A stretch of DNA of 63,899 nt, counting the filler, from Collodictyon triciliatum (Eukaryota): the NCBI GenBank assembly GCA_043381765.1. It is 10 parts of 10 records of this genome, joined end to end, with 100 filler letters (N's around TTAATTAATTAA, not from the genome) between each part and the next. Parts side by side here need not be neighbours in the genome. Positions count along the whole stretch, not along the records: positions 26,442 to 32,949 come from JBHJMP010004414.1; positions 33,050 to 39,558 come from JBHJMP010004415.1; positions 39,659 to 46,163 come from JBHJMP010004416.1; 7 more parts are not named here. The stretch is one strand, 5' to 3'. The notes beneath the pieces are model-generated. The model searched no databases and was not told the DNA's origin. It worked only from the letters and a program-made list of their open reading frames with translations. The position numbers and the translations under genes are program-made. Shown here in pieces: positions 28,595 through 43,259 of this stretch; the first letter of the stretch is position 1, and every line of letters begins with the position of its first letter.

Positions 28595-30187
28595 GAAGGA
28601 AAGAAAGGAAAGAAAGGAAAGAAAGGAAAGAAAGGAAAGAAAGGAAAGAAAAAGGTACCGAAAGATGCGACCGTCATATGACCATTACAATTTGAATTAT
28701 TTATTATGCCACCCAGGACGCTAAAGTGGTTTCTGAAACTCTATGGGCAACATCATATTTAACTGCAAGCGCGGACTGTCTGATCGAGACGTTAATAGAT
28801 AATGGGCTCTTGAAAAAAATAGTAGTCGATTCATCAATCTGAATTTTTTTTTCCAACACTTTCCAATTCGTAATTGGCTCTAATTCACATCACAGCATTT
28901 CCGTCTCACTTTTCTTTGTATTTATTTTTCTGTCGTATATATCTAGACCAATCTACTTCTCAGTGTCAAGTCTGAAGAATCAATATTGCCTTTACTGCGA
29001 ATTGTCGGAAACATATCTGGGTCGGAAATTCTTTGATACAAATCAATCGGACTGGCTTTGCCCTTCAAAGGTGCATGTATCATGGGTTTCTTCTCAATTT
29101 TCTTTCGTATAGTATATCGATGATACACGGAATGAGATTGATAGAAGAGGTGGAAACCCCTCACCGTCTAATCACATTGATCCAGAAAATATCTGCCGAC
29201 GATTCAAGGTACGATGGATACATTGCTCTCTGTATATCAAAAACTGCAATTCAAGACCTAGAAAAAAATAACTTAAGCCCATAACATAGTCACATATTTA
29301 ATTTTGATACTTAATGACTTCGAAATTACTGCCTCTGCCAGTCGTGTAAATCAAAAGGAAGCTTTATGGGCACTTTCAAACATTTGTGGCTGCCTTGATG
29401 AAAAAGATGAGCTCGTGGTATCTTGTGGGTTAGTATCCCACTTTCAAGGATTCCTGGTCCAACAATCATATGAGCTGAAAAAGGAGGTTTCTATTTCTTG
29501 AGGCAATTCATTTTAAAGCTCCTGGGGCTATATTTTTTTATAAAAAAAAAAAAAAAACATTTTTCCCAACCATACTTTAACTTCCAGAGACTAATATTTT
29601 TAACCCAGGTCAAGTAAGTGGGTTACCATAGCTACATAGTTCAATAATTAGTTTTTCTTCGGTGATTTGCTATGAATCACTAATAGGCTGCTTTTGGATT
29701 GTGTAATCTGATATATTCTGGAAAACATGTGGATGAAATCACACCAGCGGTTATCGAGGGATTTCTCATCTTCTTTAAAACGCCAGACTCCAAAATGCAA
29801 GAACTGGCCCTCTCTTTTCTCGAATGCTTCATGCGTTTTCACCCACTAGTACGTTTTTTGAGCTGCTTAGGCATCCTCTAATGCTCTCCCTTTTTTTTTT
29901 TTTTCTTTTTTTTTCTTATTCTTTTCTTTCTTTTTAATATGTTGTTTCAACCCAGGGCCCACAATTGGTTGAGGAATCAGGCGGTGTTGACTATCTCGAG
30001 GCCGTCCAGTACAAAAAAGACTGTGGGAATGCCTCTCAATGGGCCGCTGTTCTTCTCGATAGATTCTTCTCATCAGAGGTGGGTCATCGTGCAAATTACG
30101 AAATCATTTTTAAATTTATGAATTCTCTGTCGTTTGATTTAGGCGGTTGACTCAGAGAGATGGAGTGATTTGTGTCCTCGGAAATGA
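26543..30187 (+). CDS. Importin-alpha-like ARM repeat protein (TMCO6/IMPA9-like), multi-exon
   Basis: IBB-like RLRREKLLSSKR; ARM motifs AAWALGNMAAD, AAFAISNLARG, ETLWATSYL, LLRIVGNI and KEALWALSNI. Confidence 0.8.
28501..28652. repeat. (AGAA)n/(AAAGAAAGG)n intronic repeat
   Basis: Direct reading. Confidence 0.9.
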
Positions 30188-30665
30188 TATAAATGACTTT
30201 GATGCAAATACACAAGTCTGAATATCATCAGATACGTTTTTCCTTGTTTTTATGGATGATGTATAGGGATAATCTATCGCAATCTTTGAAAAACCAGCAT
30301 TGCGGATGATGTGGGGAAGGAAACAAGGTGCTTGGTGAGGACTGTGGTTGGACGAGGCACACGAACGTTGAATTTGATTGTTCGTGATATCGAGTCGGCA
30401 GTGGGAAAGAATTTAGAAGGATGGGCTTCAAAAGGGTCAAGGGGTTTTTAAGGGTAAATAAAAAAAAAATAGGAGGGATGATATCCAAAAGAGAGTTAGA
30501 TTGAATAAGAATAAAAGCCACATAAAATGCATCTCCTGAAAACCGCGACATATTATCACAAATATTGCATCGATACTCGCGACGTTGAAGCGTAAGGTAA
30601 TAATTGCTTGGTGAGCAGAAGAGCTGTTTTCACATAGGCCAGGGACAGAAAAACAGTCCATCCGC

Positions 30666-32902
30666 TTATGTGTCGCTGCGGGCCTTCTGGATGTCCAGCA
30701 CCTTCTTCATGAACTCGTAAACAAGGAAGCGGATGGCGTTGTTTGGAACAACCTGAGAAAAGAGTAGGTTTGAGTCAACTTCACTCCTTCTGTACGGTTG
30801 ATGATGACACAATAACAAACAGCAAAGAAATCGTATTGAGGGTTTGGGTGGATATGTGTCTGTGTGGTGATGTACCTTGAGCGTGTTTGCGATGTAACCC
30901 TTGAAGAAGCCGTTCACGCCATTCTTTGCGTAGATGCTCTTGACAGCGTCCCAAGTGTGAGCATACATGTTCGAGCCCATCTGCATTCTGCGTCGGATGG
31001 TGTCCAGTGGATAGCAGACTAAGACGTCCACAAAGACACCCAAGTGAAAAGTAACATTAATAAGCGCACTTACTCCGGACAAATCTCATCTTCACATGGA
31101 GCAATCAGAACGAGAACCATTTCCGTTCATTAGACAGTCATTAGAAATTGAAATAAGTTTTTTCCCTTAACTCATACATATTCTTTTTTATTTTAAGAAA
31201 AAAAAAAAGGAATTAAAAAAGGACCAGTTTGTGCCGCTGTTCCTGCAACAGCTCCAATCAGCAATGTGTCCATGACACCGAGTTTAATACCAGAGTCCTT
31301 CGGGGCGTAGTAATTCTTGATGATGTCGTACGAGGCAAAGTTGATTCCGACGTAAGGTGCTATTCCCTAAGATTTATATTTGATTACTGACGCATGTGCT
31401 TTTATCTACACTTTATATGGGGTGGGACGGAAAAGATACATAAAAAGATAAATCATTCACAAATCATCCCACAGACACTGTCTCTCGATGAACATATAGA
31501 TATTCACATGCAAACAATATAACAGCAACATTTTTCATCCGAGGGTGTTTGGAGAGGGAATTTACGACAGGTAAAGAACAAAAGAACAAAAGAACAAAAG
31601 AACAAAAGAACAAAAGAACAAAAGAACAAAAGAACATGAAGGAAAAGAAAAATCGTTAAATGAATAAACAAACCATGAGAGTCGGACCGATGCCCTTCAT
31701 AAAGGCCATGATGCCGGCTGTCTTGTAAAGATGCTTCGTCGCACCAGTGACTGATTTGAGCTCCGTGTTTACGGCAAGATGCAGACGAAGTGTGTCAAGC
31801 GGATGAGTCAGAGCGGTTGAGGTCATTCCAGCCATGGCGCCGGCAAGAAGGCGCTGGGGCACAGTAAGGTCCTTCTGATTCTCGCCCAGCAGATACTATG
31901 CGAAGAATACGGGGAAAGGTATGAGTATTTATGCTGATTTTTAATAATAATAAAATTAAAACAAAATAAAGGCCAGTGATCTAAACAGGAGTTTGGGAGT
32001 TATAAATTGAGGAAGGGACTTGTTCTTTTCAGACCTACGATACTCTATGTTTTTTCTTCTGTTTTTTTTTTTAATAATGCCTTCAATAAATAGTAACCAT
32101 GCATACTTTTTTGTACTGCTCATAGGACATGAATTGGAAGGCTGAGTAAGGGAATATGCGCACGATGTTGACGCCGTTTCCACGCCAGAAGGACATGAGC
32201 CCCTCTTCCTTGAGAATCGTCGAGAATGTCTGGAAAAAACCAGTATACTTCAACTGCGCGCCAGGTTTGTTTGTCATGTCCTGGACCTGAAAAGAAAAAA
32301 CCGGCACTCTTTTAAAAAAATTAAATATGAAAGTTGCAAAGAAAAGGGGAGTATCATGGGTCGTTTGCATAAATACGGCGTTGTTCAGAGCGCCTTTCGA
32401 ATCAGCAAGCAAACAGTCCGAAAGACGGGCTGGTGACAAAGAAAAGTAAAAGAAAAGAAAAGAAAAGAAAAGAAGAGTAAAGAAAAGAAAAAAAAGGAAA
32501 GGAAAGGAAAGAAAAGAAAAGAAAAGAAAAGAAAAAGAAAAGGAAAAGGAGAGGAAAGAAAAGAAAAGAAAAGAAAAGAAAAAGAAAAGAAAAAGAAAAG
32601 GAGAGGAAAGAAAAGAAAAGAAAAGAAAAAGAAAAGAAAAAGAAAAGGAGAGGAAAGAAAAGAAAAGAAAAGAAAAGAAAAAGAAAAAGAAAAGGAGAGG
32701 AAAGAAAAGAAAAAGAAAAAGAAAAGAAAAAGAAAAGGAGAGGAAAGAAAAGAAAAGAAAAGAATACTTGGAAGATAAGCTTCACACGATCCAGCGGCGA
32801 AACACAAGTACGTGCGACGGCCCCAGCGATTCCACCAGCGAAAAGCAACTTGGAGGTTCGAAGAAGCGCGCCTTCTTTCTTTCCTGCGTCCTGTGTGCTC
32901 AT
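30666..32902 (-). CDS. Mitochondrial carrier family (SLC25) protein, TAAC/EAAC-like adenine nucleotide carrier, 6 exons
   Basis: Three carrier signatures SPLDRVK, HPLDTLR and YPLDTIRRRMQ; FWRGNGVNIVRIFPYSAFQF; IAPYVGINFASYD. Confidence 0.9.
32438..32762. repeat. Purine-rich (GAAAA)n-type low-complexity intronic tract
   Basis: Direct reading. Confidence 0.9.
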
Positions 32903-32906
32903 CTTT

Positions 32907-32937
<31 letters not shown>

Positions 32938-33049
32938 TACTCTTTTTTTNNNNNNNNNNNNNNNNNNNNNNNNNNNNNNNNNNNNNNNNNNNNTTAATTA
33001 ATTAANNNNNNNNNNNNNNNNNNNNNNNNNNNNNNNNNNNNNNNNNNNN

Positions 33050-33190
33050 TTTTATCTTTTTATCTTTTTATCTTTTTATCTTTTTATCTTTTTATCTTTT
33101 TATCTTTTTATCTTTTTATCTTTTTATCTTTTTATCTTTTTATCTTTTTATCTTTTTATCTTTTTATCTTTTTATCTTTTTATCTTTTTA
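33050..33190. repeat. (TTTTTATC)n repeat at contig start
   Basis: Direct reading. Confidence 0.95.
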
Positions 33191-33328
33191 TTTGTATTAT
33201 TTGTATTATTTGTATTATAGAAATTGCATTTTTCTTAACTATATAATGATGAATCATAATTGTGCAAGAAATATCTATTCCTTTTCCTTTTCCTTTTCCT
33301 TTTATACTCTGCGTATCAAGGGGAATCA

Positions 33329-36300
33329 ATGTATAAAAAGTTGTTACCTGTGAACGTCGAAAAAAACTACCCAAATAATTTTCGGCTATTTATATTATGT
33401 TGCTCTGTTTTCTTCCAGTACTGCGCGAATTTATTGTTATCTGCTTCTTTTTTTTAAAAAAAAAAAGTCATGTTCATACTCTGTTTGCTTCAGGACAGAT
33501 TAAAGTTATGAATTGAAATGAAAACCTTTTTTGACTCGTTTAAATTAGTTGCGATATGACATGGATGTATCCACAATATATCGATACAAAATTGGACAAC
33601 CCGCATTTCGGCAACTATAGACTTTACCAATACAAAGAGAACCATTTTTCGATTCCAAAGAGTCGGAAGGTTAGTGCCGGATAACTTCCAGTATCTTCAC
33701 CTTGATTAACATGAAATAAATAGAAAACTGAAAGAGATAAGATCAAAATCTACATCATAATCGATGCCAGTATATAGTCTATAAAGTTTCAATAATCCTT
33801 TTTTTTTTCTCTGTGTCTATCCCAGCATGGTTCATCACTTGGAAACCCTGTGCTTTTTATACATGGCAACCGGGGAACATTCCGGCATGTAAAAAATCAA
33901 ATCCCTGAATAACCCAATTGATGGCACAAACAAAAAATCAATAAACTTGTAGTAATCTCTTCCTCTTCTTTTTCCTTTGAAGTAGTGCTTGCATAAATAT
34001 ATAATTAGACCAATATTCGCCTTTCCGTTTTCTCAAACTGGTATAAACTTTGCCAGAAACAATACTTTATCTAATTTATTATTTCACCTAGGTTCGATCC
34101 ATAGGATATCACATCGCCTTGGCAAATTATCAACTTGGAACTAGATATGTACTATCCATTTTTTTCTATATTTGATTTATTCAGTACTAGTTATGTAATA
34201 TTATTATCTTATATGTCCTTAATTATTCAAAAACAAGAATGAAAAACCTATTTGAACAAAGCCGCTATTTTATTTATCTTCAAAGGTGAAGGAGCCTCTT
34301 GATGTGTTCTCTGTTGATTTGAACGAAGAATTCTCGGCTCTGAGTGGCGATGTGCTTTCAAAACAGATTGAATATGTTAAACTGTCGGTCAAATACATAT
34401 TTTCCCAATACAATAACAAAGACCACAAGGTAATATATTACCTCGACTCTATACTATCATCAATAAATTGTAGCTGCTTGCTAGATATGCATCGATTTAT
34501 AAAGGCGGCAATACTTTTTCAATGAGAAAATCTTCGAGAATGGAAGGAAGTCATTTAACCAATAATTATGAACCTATGTTCGAAAAAAAAAATAGGACAA
34601 AGATAGTAGAAGAATTATACTAATTGGACATTCTATGGGCGGCGTGATTGCCAGAGCCATAGCCTCCCTGCCGCATGAGCACAAAACTTATATATCTGCA
34701 ATTATTACTTTCTCCACTCCTTTAAAGTAATCAAAAATTTTAAAAAAATTGCATATTTTAAATGGTTTACATGCATTTTGTGATTTTCATGTGACGCAAC
34801 ATACAGATCAGTTCTCCCGTTCGAAGAGGACATTGAGAAGCTCATGAAACGCGTAGAATCATATCGTGCATCCGCAGACTTTCGAGGTTCATAGCATTTA
34901 AATGGTTTAATTCATCGCCTTTTTTGTTCTTAATATTTCAATTTCAATTTTTTTCATACAAAACATTTACATAACTAATTCAGGTGCTCCTTCTCTGGGA
35001 CTTTGTGGAGGTGCAAGCGATGAGTTTATATCGCCTTCAAACTGTCTGCAGCAAAAAACGACACACTCAGTTACCATCCCGACCTCTAACGTGATTGGGA
35101 GTGCGTCGAATATGCGACACTATGTAGCGATAATATGATTAATTTTGACTAATGAAAAACACTAAGAAGCAAGTGTAACTATTGCATGTTTAGATTTTGA
35201 AATTTCTTTTGCTCTTAATTTTATGCTTAACAAAATCAGGCGATTATATGGAGCTATCAACTGCTGCGAGTTGTGTCGAAATGGATGCCGCTTGTGGAGC
35301 ATCGCTCAGATGTATATAAAGAAAGAAGAAATATTGATATGATACAATTTTTTTCACAACATGTCAGGTACGATTTCTATTAATTTTCTTGAAAATCTAT
35401 ACATCGCGATAGACGATGAAAATAAGGAAAATGCATAATTTCAACCCCTTTTTTCTTGAAAAGTTTATTTGCAACATGATGATTTGCATATTCACAAAAC
35501 CATTTGCATGGCCTATAGCTTGAATGCACCTTTACATCTCGAATCACTTCCTGTTCTAAACCAAAGGAATGAAAGTGTATGTGATATATTGCTGTGAGGC
35601 GCTGTGAGTTCATATCCGTGTTACTGTGTATTTTTTTATTTTTTTTTATGTCGCTGCATCCATAGGAAGATATGGAGGTTGGTTATACCAATAATTTCTT
35701 CACAACTGATTGGTCTGCTCCATTCCAAATATCTGTGGGGCACGCTAGGTAAGTCATTTAAAACCATGTTATGTGAAAAGCGGTTCTTCGTGGTCCCAAT
35801 CGATTGTTTTATAGAATACTAGTCATTTATAAGGCATCGTCTCCGAATATCGAAATGATTTTTGTAAATCACGATAAGGTTTACTTTTTTTTTACATGGA
35901 AATATATTTGTATTATGCAGAACAGAAGTTGAACAGCTGAATTTCTAAAAAAAATAATCATATCTTGTATGATCGAATTGTCAAATACTTTGGCAAAAGG
36001 ATATCTTAAATGGAACAGAATGCATCAGAATATTGAATAATCGACTCAACCGGAATTCAATATTCTTCTTCGATTCTAAGATGATTATCTCGGGTTACTA
36101 TTTGCTTATTTATCCGAAAAGTAATTCAATGAAATCACACTTTTTTTTTGTATTTTGGTTATGATTCATGTTTCCATTAATTTTTGCAATTTCATTCCAT
36201 CAAGACGCGCTCTATGAAACTAGAATACTTAAAAAGGGAATGAAGGAATCGGATAAAGATTTCTTTTTCTCTATGCAAACGGTTTCAGCTATACAAGAAG

Positions 36301-38513
36301 CGGAAGAGAGGATAAAACTATCTCATCACGGCATTTTTAGTTACAGCAATTTGTCTGCCATCACAAAATTTTATATACCAAACCACACTGAATTTCGAAT
36401 CAGCCACGCTGGCTGCTCTGACGGTATGAGATTTCTTTGTAGAATTTCAACTCATATTGCAATGCAGAGAAAGATGTATTTATTTATTTGAAAGGAAATA
36501 ATCCGAAAAAAAAATGCTAGAATACCACCAACCAATTGTATATGCAAATGATGAATTCATCGAACCCATCATATTCGAGTCTGGAAACGGAACGTTGGAT
36601 ATTCGGACATCAGCATGGTTTTCTGATATAGATGTAACTGTCTACGCACAAGCCGGGTGCAATTTGCATGTAGATAAAAAAAATTGAACATTCAGATGCT
36701 TAAATTACTATTTCTGCTATTGCTATTATTGTTATTGTTATGTAGTTTTTGTTTTGTCTCACTTGATATATATAGCTGAAATAGAGACATGAACATATCA
36801 TAAACTGGAATTCTTTCCATCTCTCTTTCTCTGCTATTCAATGGATTCATATTTCAAATAACTTTATATCCAATATATAAAATTATTAGGTGAGTGTGAA
36901 ACCATCGATTGTCTCTCTCATCAACAGACTTATTCGAGAGAACCTGAATAACATATTTGTATTCGTTTACCCAACACTGGAGCTCCATTCATTCTTGTCA
37001 TCAGTCTCTGTTGGTACGCATCTGATTTGGATTTGAATCAGTTGCAGAATTACACACAATCCATCCCGCTGCCCTGAATTAAAACTCAAAACGATACCAT
37101 CTTACATAATCTTTGTTTGGATTATTTAATGTCTATGAACAAATTAAATTGACACAGATATGCAAAAAAAGAAGAAACGAATCCTTTATTGTAGGTGGTT
37201 TTTCTGGGGAATATGCCTATTCATGCTTCATATTGTCTGCGGTATATTTTTCATATGCATCTTTTCACTGGAGTCTGGATGTGGTCTTTGCTTTTCTGGT
37301 GGCAGACATTATCACATCGATGTTTGTGTTTTCTGTCTGTATATTCAAGAAAGGCTTCAGAATGATATTCCACTTTAGAGATAACTGCACGATCAAGTAT
37401 GTACGCTACAATTCTCGATATTCTCTCTTTTCTCATTTTTCTCCTTTTTTCTCCTTTTTTCTCCTTTTTCTCCTTTTTCTCCTTTTTTCTCCTTTTTTAA
37501 CCGAAGGAATGGCTTTTATATGCCCTCTATTTGTTCCCTTGAAATGATAACTCCTACTGCTCACTTTTTTATCATTATTATCAAATCGTGTGTTTAGACA
37601 AAAAGTAACAAAGACTTTCCTAGAAATCGTTGGCTTGCTGTCCCTCTCCTTTTGGCAAATGTGCTGGCCCTTCCATCATTGGATGTAAAAATCGTATCGC
37701 TGCTAAATGTCCTAGTGTCCCTCGTTTTTCTTGATTGCAAGGTTCCTTTTCCAATTCTTTTATTATTAAAGCGCAGAGCAAAATTAGGGAGCTTGTAATA
37801 AAGAATCATGTAATTTGCAGAGGAGACCAAAACGCTTATCTCTGCGTTACACTCATCACCTCCTAAATTTCTATCGTGAGTGCTTGAAGAGAAAAAAACG
37901 GAACAGAAATGAAAACTCACCTATTTTCTCATCGACTAGAACCTCGCTTTAATCCATACACCGTCATCTGTGTCTGAATACCACATCATCACTCAAACAC
38001 CGGCCGTCGTATCGATAATTCAAGCGAATCTTGTGCATCGGAAGGCGTTTACACGGCAAACGCTGTCGCTTTGTTTTGCATGTTGCCTACTGTTCATCCC
38101 TCATGCCAGGCGGGGGTGTACGGCGAATACGAAGGAATTGGCGAAAAAAAAGTTTGTTGTTACACTTTTAATCTCCGCAGATTTTCATGATACGCGACCA
38201 TAAGCCGCTCAAAATAAGCACCGTGTTTGTTTGTTTGTTTGTTTGTTTGTTTGTTTGTTTGTTTGTTTGTTTGTTTGTTTGTTTGTTTGTTTTTTGTTTT
38301 TTGTTTTTTGTTTTTTTGTTTGGGCGGATATTGAAATGATGTTATTGCGACAGGTCCTTTTCGGTCTTGACGGTTTTACTTCAGCTTTTCTCGCTGTGTG
38401 GTGGGTTGTGGGGCGGTCAAGTGTCGCACATTTACCTGATTCATGCAATACCCACATCATTATTTTATCTTTCCACCTACTTTGCTCCGAAACATAAAGA
38501 GTCACAGGATTAA
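33329..38513 (+). CDS. PGAP1: GPI inositol-deacylase (PGAP1/Bst1), multi-exon; 3' end approximate
   Basis: CDMTWMYPQY, PVLFIHGN, DVFSVDLNEEFSALSG and lipase motif IILIGHSMGGVIAR (~34626), followed by hydrophobic C-terminal exons. Confidence 0.82.
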
Positions 38514-38795
38514 ACCGACAGGATAATAAAACGAATAAAGAATCATGTTGAAAACCCGGGCCTGTAAATCTGATTCGAACATCACAGTCGTTTCAGACAT
38601 TTTTTTTCTCGGTTGTATTGCCAGTTTTGCTGTCTCGTACACATAAATGAAAACAAACATATAGGTTGCAGCATAATGCGGCATCCTTTCCGATAGTTTG
38701 ACCTGCTCCATTCTAATCAGTAAATCGGATGCGTGCGATTGGGAGGTGGTCTTTATTGTAAACGCATTGGCCTGAATACGCACGCAAACGACAAC

Positions 38796-39410
38796 CTAAT
38801 CTCTGGCATCAGGTCGAGCAGCACCGGTTGCCTTTGGTAGTCTCTTTGTTGAGCTATCCTCCAGTTCTTTGGATTTGTAGTAGTGCGGTGCAATCTCGAC
38901 TAACCAATCCGCCTTAATCTGTGAAAGACAGAATTGGTAAGGTAGCGGTTAGATAGAATGTGTGGCAATACTGGGCAGACAATTTACATCGAAATCCACT
39001 TATTCGATTCGAAAATTCCCATCTGAAGGTGAAGCAAAATACACATATATCGGATTACATACCTCTATCACTTGGCGCATATATTCCTGCTTTGTCTTGA
39101 CAAGTTCATGGTATACAACATATTTTGGCTCTTCTTTGGCGATGCAGCTGCCAGGATATATCTTTGCGATTTGGTTGTGCTTGATTGTTTGGTAGGAGCC
39201 ACCTTTCAGTGCACGCGCTGTATGATAAAAATAACCACTTGTGATGGCTTTGAGAATTGCATCAGTATCTCCAATACTGGACGTTAGCTCCATGTCGACG
39301 CGTTCACAGAGCGTCACCAGCTGGTCGCGGATGTCGCGGGCGCGTTTCATGGACCGATGTTGAATAAAGTTCTCGAAGCACCAGTTTGAAGAGTATTCGG
39401 TCTCGCTCCA
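38796..39410 (-). CDS. DHX16: DEAH-box splicing helicase DHX16/Prp2-like, 3' exons only
   Basis: WCFENFIQHRSMKRARDIRDQL, KAITSGYFYHTAR, YHELVKTKQEYMRQVIE and WLVEIAPHYY. Confidence 0.88.
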
Positions 39411-39420
39411 CTGGATTGTG

Positions 39421-39535
39421 GAAATAGAAATAGAAATAGAAATAGAAATAGAAATAGAAATAGAAATAGAAATAGAAATAGAAATAGAAATAGAAATAGA
39501 AATAGAAATAGAAATAGAAATAGAAATAGAAATAA
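39421..39535. repeat. (GAAATA)n hexamer repeat
   Basis: Direct reading. Confidence 0.95.
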
Positions 39536-39658
39536 ATATTGGAAATAGAAATAAATTANNNNNNNNNNNNNNNNNNNNNNNNNNNNNNNNNNNNNNNNNN
39601 NNTTAATTAATTAANNNNNNNNNNNNNNNNNNNNNNNNNNNNNNNNNNNNNNNNNNNN

Positions 39659-39756
39659 AAACAAAAACAAAAACAAAAACAAAAACAAAAACAAAAACAA
39701 AAACAAAAACAAAAACAAAAACAAAAACAAAAACAAAAACAAAAACAAAAACAAAA
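39659..39756. repeat. (AAAAAC)n repeat
   Basis: Direct reading. Confidence 0.95.
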
Positions 39757-39845
39757 AGAACCAAATAAATCAAGTGATTGAAAACATGAAGGAGCATGCT
39801 AAGCATCCTTCAGGTCACGATTACAGAAACCACCCGTGTATTTCG

Positions 39846-42737
39846 ATGGCGAGCTATGAAGATTTTTTTGCTCCTCCTCCTCGCATAAAAAAAGATCTGC
39901 GTAGCAAAGCAATAACACAGAGAAGCGCCAACATGCAAGGTAGTTGAAACACTCGCCATAAATGCTCATTCCCAACTGGTCTGGCTAACAAGTATGACTA
40001 GGCCCAAGCAGCTCAACAAGATCATCAGAGACGAGCGACGCCTTGAAGATCGTAGATGATCGAGGAGTATGTTACATTCTTTTAATCTTCTTCCTTTATT
40101 CGATTCAAGAGAAGGAAGGAGTTTGTTACATTCTACTAAAATATGTGTAGATTTTATGTGCCTAAAAGACCCTTTTCCCCATACAATCTTATTTGAATGT
40201 TTTAGTTATCCGAAAATGCGCTATATGGTTATATACGATGTATTTTTTTATGTGCACTTAATAATTGATGTACGAATACGTCCATCCAAACTACTTTTCG
40301 TGTTTTCTTTTTAATGAAGATATTTCTTTTCTTTGAACCGAATGAAGGGAAAAAATGAACACAAATCTTTATATATAGACTCTTAACCCGACAAACAACA
40401 CGAGAGCCAGCGAAATCAATATCTTAGATACTGCACCTACTGAGCGCAAGGAGCAAGAAAAAAACATCATTGCCAGCAATCAGTCTGGCCAATCAAATGA
40501 TTTTACTGAATCAACGTCATATGTAATATCATCCCTTAGCACGGACACTGATAGTCAAAAACAAAAACCACATTCGCCTGTGGCCCTTCACAATGCACAT
40601 GAGTTGGGCAAAGGCGAATCTAATCCTTTGTTTTTATCACCAGCCGGAAATCAAGAGAAAGAACAAAGTAGTGATATGTATCAAAGTCAGAGAATGGTTA
40701 TAGGCACTGTCAAAGAATCTCAAAAGGGTCACCCTGAAACCGGAATCGCCAACAAGGGCGGTGATACGCCTCAGAAGAAAACTGTAGAGTTTATAGTCCC
40801 GAAGAAGGACAAAGATAGCATAAATGGACGCAAAAGGGACCGAGAAAACATGATGTCCAAGGAAAAGAAAGGTAGCGAAAAAAGAATCGAGGTCCCCAAA
40901 AAATCATTAGAACAAGCAAGGTTGACTCAAAAAAAAGTAGAGGTTGGCCATTAATTCTATATGATTTTACCAGCTGGTTTTTTTTTATTTATTAAATTAT
41001 GAAGTTTTGGCGAGTGATTTGGTTCGCGTTAAAAGAAGGCTGAAGGGCTTAATTATGCTTCATTTGTGGCATACCTTCCTTGTCCAAAAATATTCATCTC
41101 GCGCGTATTGAAAGGACAATAATTTTTTTTAAAAAAAATTGACATTCATTTTCAGGTCAAGAGAGGCCCTATCCGTCGTGAGCAATTCCCTTCGTGGGTA
41201 TCTTCCAACGACCTACTCTTCATATCAGACATTATCGATGGAAAAGCGCACTCAACTACTGTAAACCGAATCATCCATTCAGCTTTTTTCCTAAATGATT
41301 TAATTCTTCAAATAAATAGAAATAGAAATAGAAAAAGAAAAAATTTAGAAAAAATAGAAATATAAGACTAAAATTGGAAGTATGATATTGCATAATTCAT
41401 AAAAGGATTCGTGATGGACAATATCTTTTTAATTCATCACTCATTAAATTGGATGTTCGTAAGCCTTTTTGCTTGACAAACCATGATATTTTTGAATGTA
41501 GTGTAATAATATGTTGTTATTTTTTGTCAAAAAAAAGATAGACCAAAATACTCAAGAAAAGCATTCACCTTCGTTGAATTGCCAAGCAGATACGAATAAA
41601 AAAGTATCTACTTATTATAAAAATGACATTTGAATGTTCCGCAAATAATTTTTGAATTTGGTTAGATTTACATAATCTTCTACTATCAGCAGGGTAAAGT
41701 TTTGTAAGAATATATTTTTCTCATTTTATTTGATATTTAGAGAATCGAAAAGGGCTGCCACGAAAGAGCTCAAGAAAAAAGACAAACAAGACATTCATCA
41801 AAGAATGAAAAGGAAAAGACATCAAACTCGGTGATTGATATATTCTATCTTTGTTTTATGATTTCTGAAGTACACAGTTTATGGAATTTTGATTGCGTTA
41901 CCAATTCTACGATTGTAATTTAAAATACGTTGTTCAATCATTACTGTTTTAAAAAAAAAACCTATTCTAAAATCTGACTGGACTTTTCCTCAATACACCA
42001 CTGATTAAATTCAAAGTGCAATTTTTTTTATTCACGCCCCTTCTCCTTACCTTTCAAAAAATTATTTGCCAGGCGCCTATCGTTCCCAAAAAGTCTGACG
42101 AGATATGCAAGCGAATTAGGTCAGGCGATTGTTTCAAGGGTGATTCATGTCCTTTTTCACATGGTAAATCCTGATATACGCATCAAATCCACCATTTGAT
42201 ACATTTCTTCCATCCCACTCCCCTTCATATTGATATATCATCACCCCAGTGTAAACTTTAATGTTTTTTTGATTTGTACGGTTTGCTATCGATTTTTTTC
42301 ATTAATTGTATTGTTCTCTTTATTTATTTATTTTTGCATACCCCATCCCAAACCGAACTAAACTTAATGCTGACATTATGATGTACGTTCTACAAGACCG
42401 AAAAAGGGAGCTGTGCAAGTTTATATATTTGTACCAAAGATGCAACGCTGGAGAGGCATGTCCATATTCGCACGACCCGCAGGTCTCAAAAGTGCCCCAA
42501 CTCAAAACAGACTCTGTCGCGCCAAACACACACGCTGGTCAGAAAGAAAGCGGGGCAACACCCGCATCCGGCTTCCTTGGGGTGGAGACAGGAATCGCCT
42601 CTATGGGAGAAAGCACCGAGCACACCCGCATTCGTGACGAGGGAAATAAGCCGAGTTCGTTGAGCCCCTTTGAGTATTTTATGGTGCAAGCACAGAAGGC
42701 CAAGCAGACTGGGGAAGAATCCTGGCTATCTGACTAG
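39846..42737 (+). CDS. Tandem CCCH zinc-finger protein with long low-complexity N-terminus, multi-exon
   Basis: CKRIRSGDCFKGDSCPFSH (~42107) and CKFIYLYQRCNAGEACPYSH (~42414); start codon tentative. Confidence 0.7.
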
Positions 42738-42942
42738 ACTCTGCTCTCGAGCCTCAACAAAGCCCAAGTCTTGGAGAAAAAAGAGCAACGGATATATTTA
42801 CTTATGGATTATACAATTTTTCTTTTCTTATCTCCACTCCCTCTCTTTCATCGATCGTAGAATATCTGCGCGCGAAAAGTACACTATAAAATATATTGAA
42901 CGTAGGCTGGTGTGTAGGCCCCTTTCTGTTCCCCGTCTTTTC

Positions 42943-43073
<131 letters not shown>

Positions 43074-43259
43074 GAAATTTAGTCCAGCCTGTTTGTACCA
43101 ACCAGCATATAGGGGACACAACACTACTTTCGGCTGTGTAAAGTTCATATTAAATTTATGCAGGATTCATTTGTCTTACATGGTAAATCAAAATGAATTA
43201 AGAGAGAAGAAAAAAAAACCAGCTTAAATGACTATTCTTCATATGCTTTTCGTGTCCTT

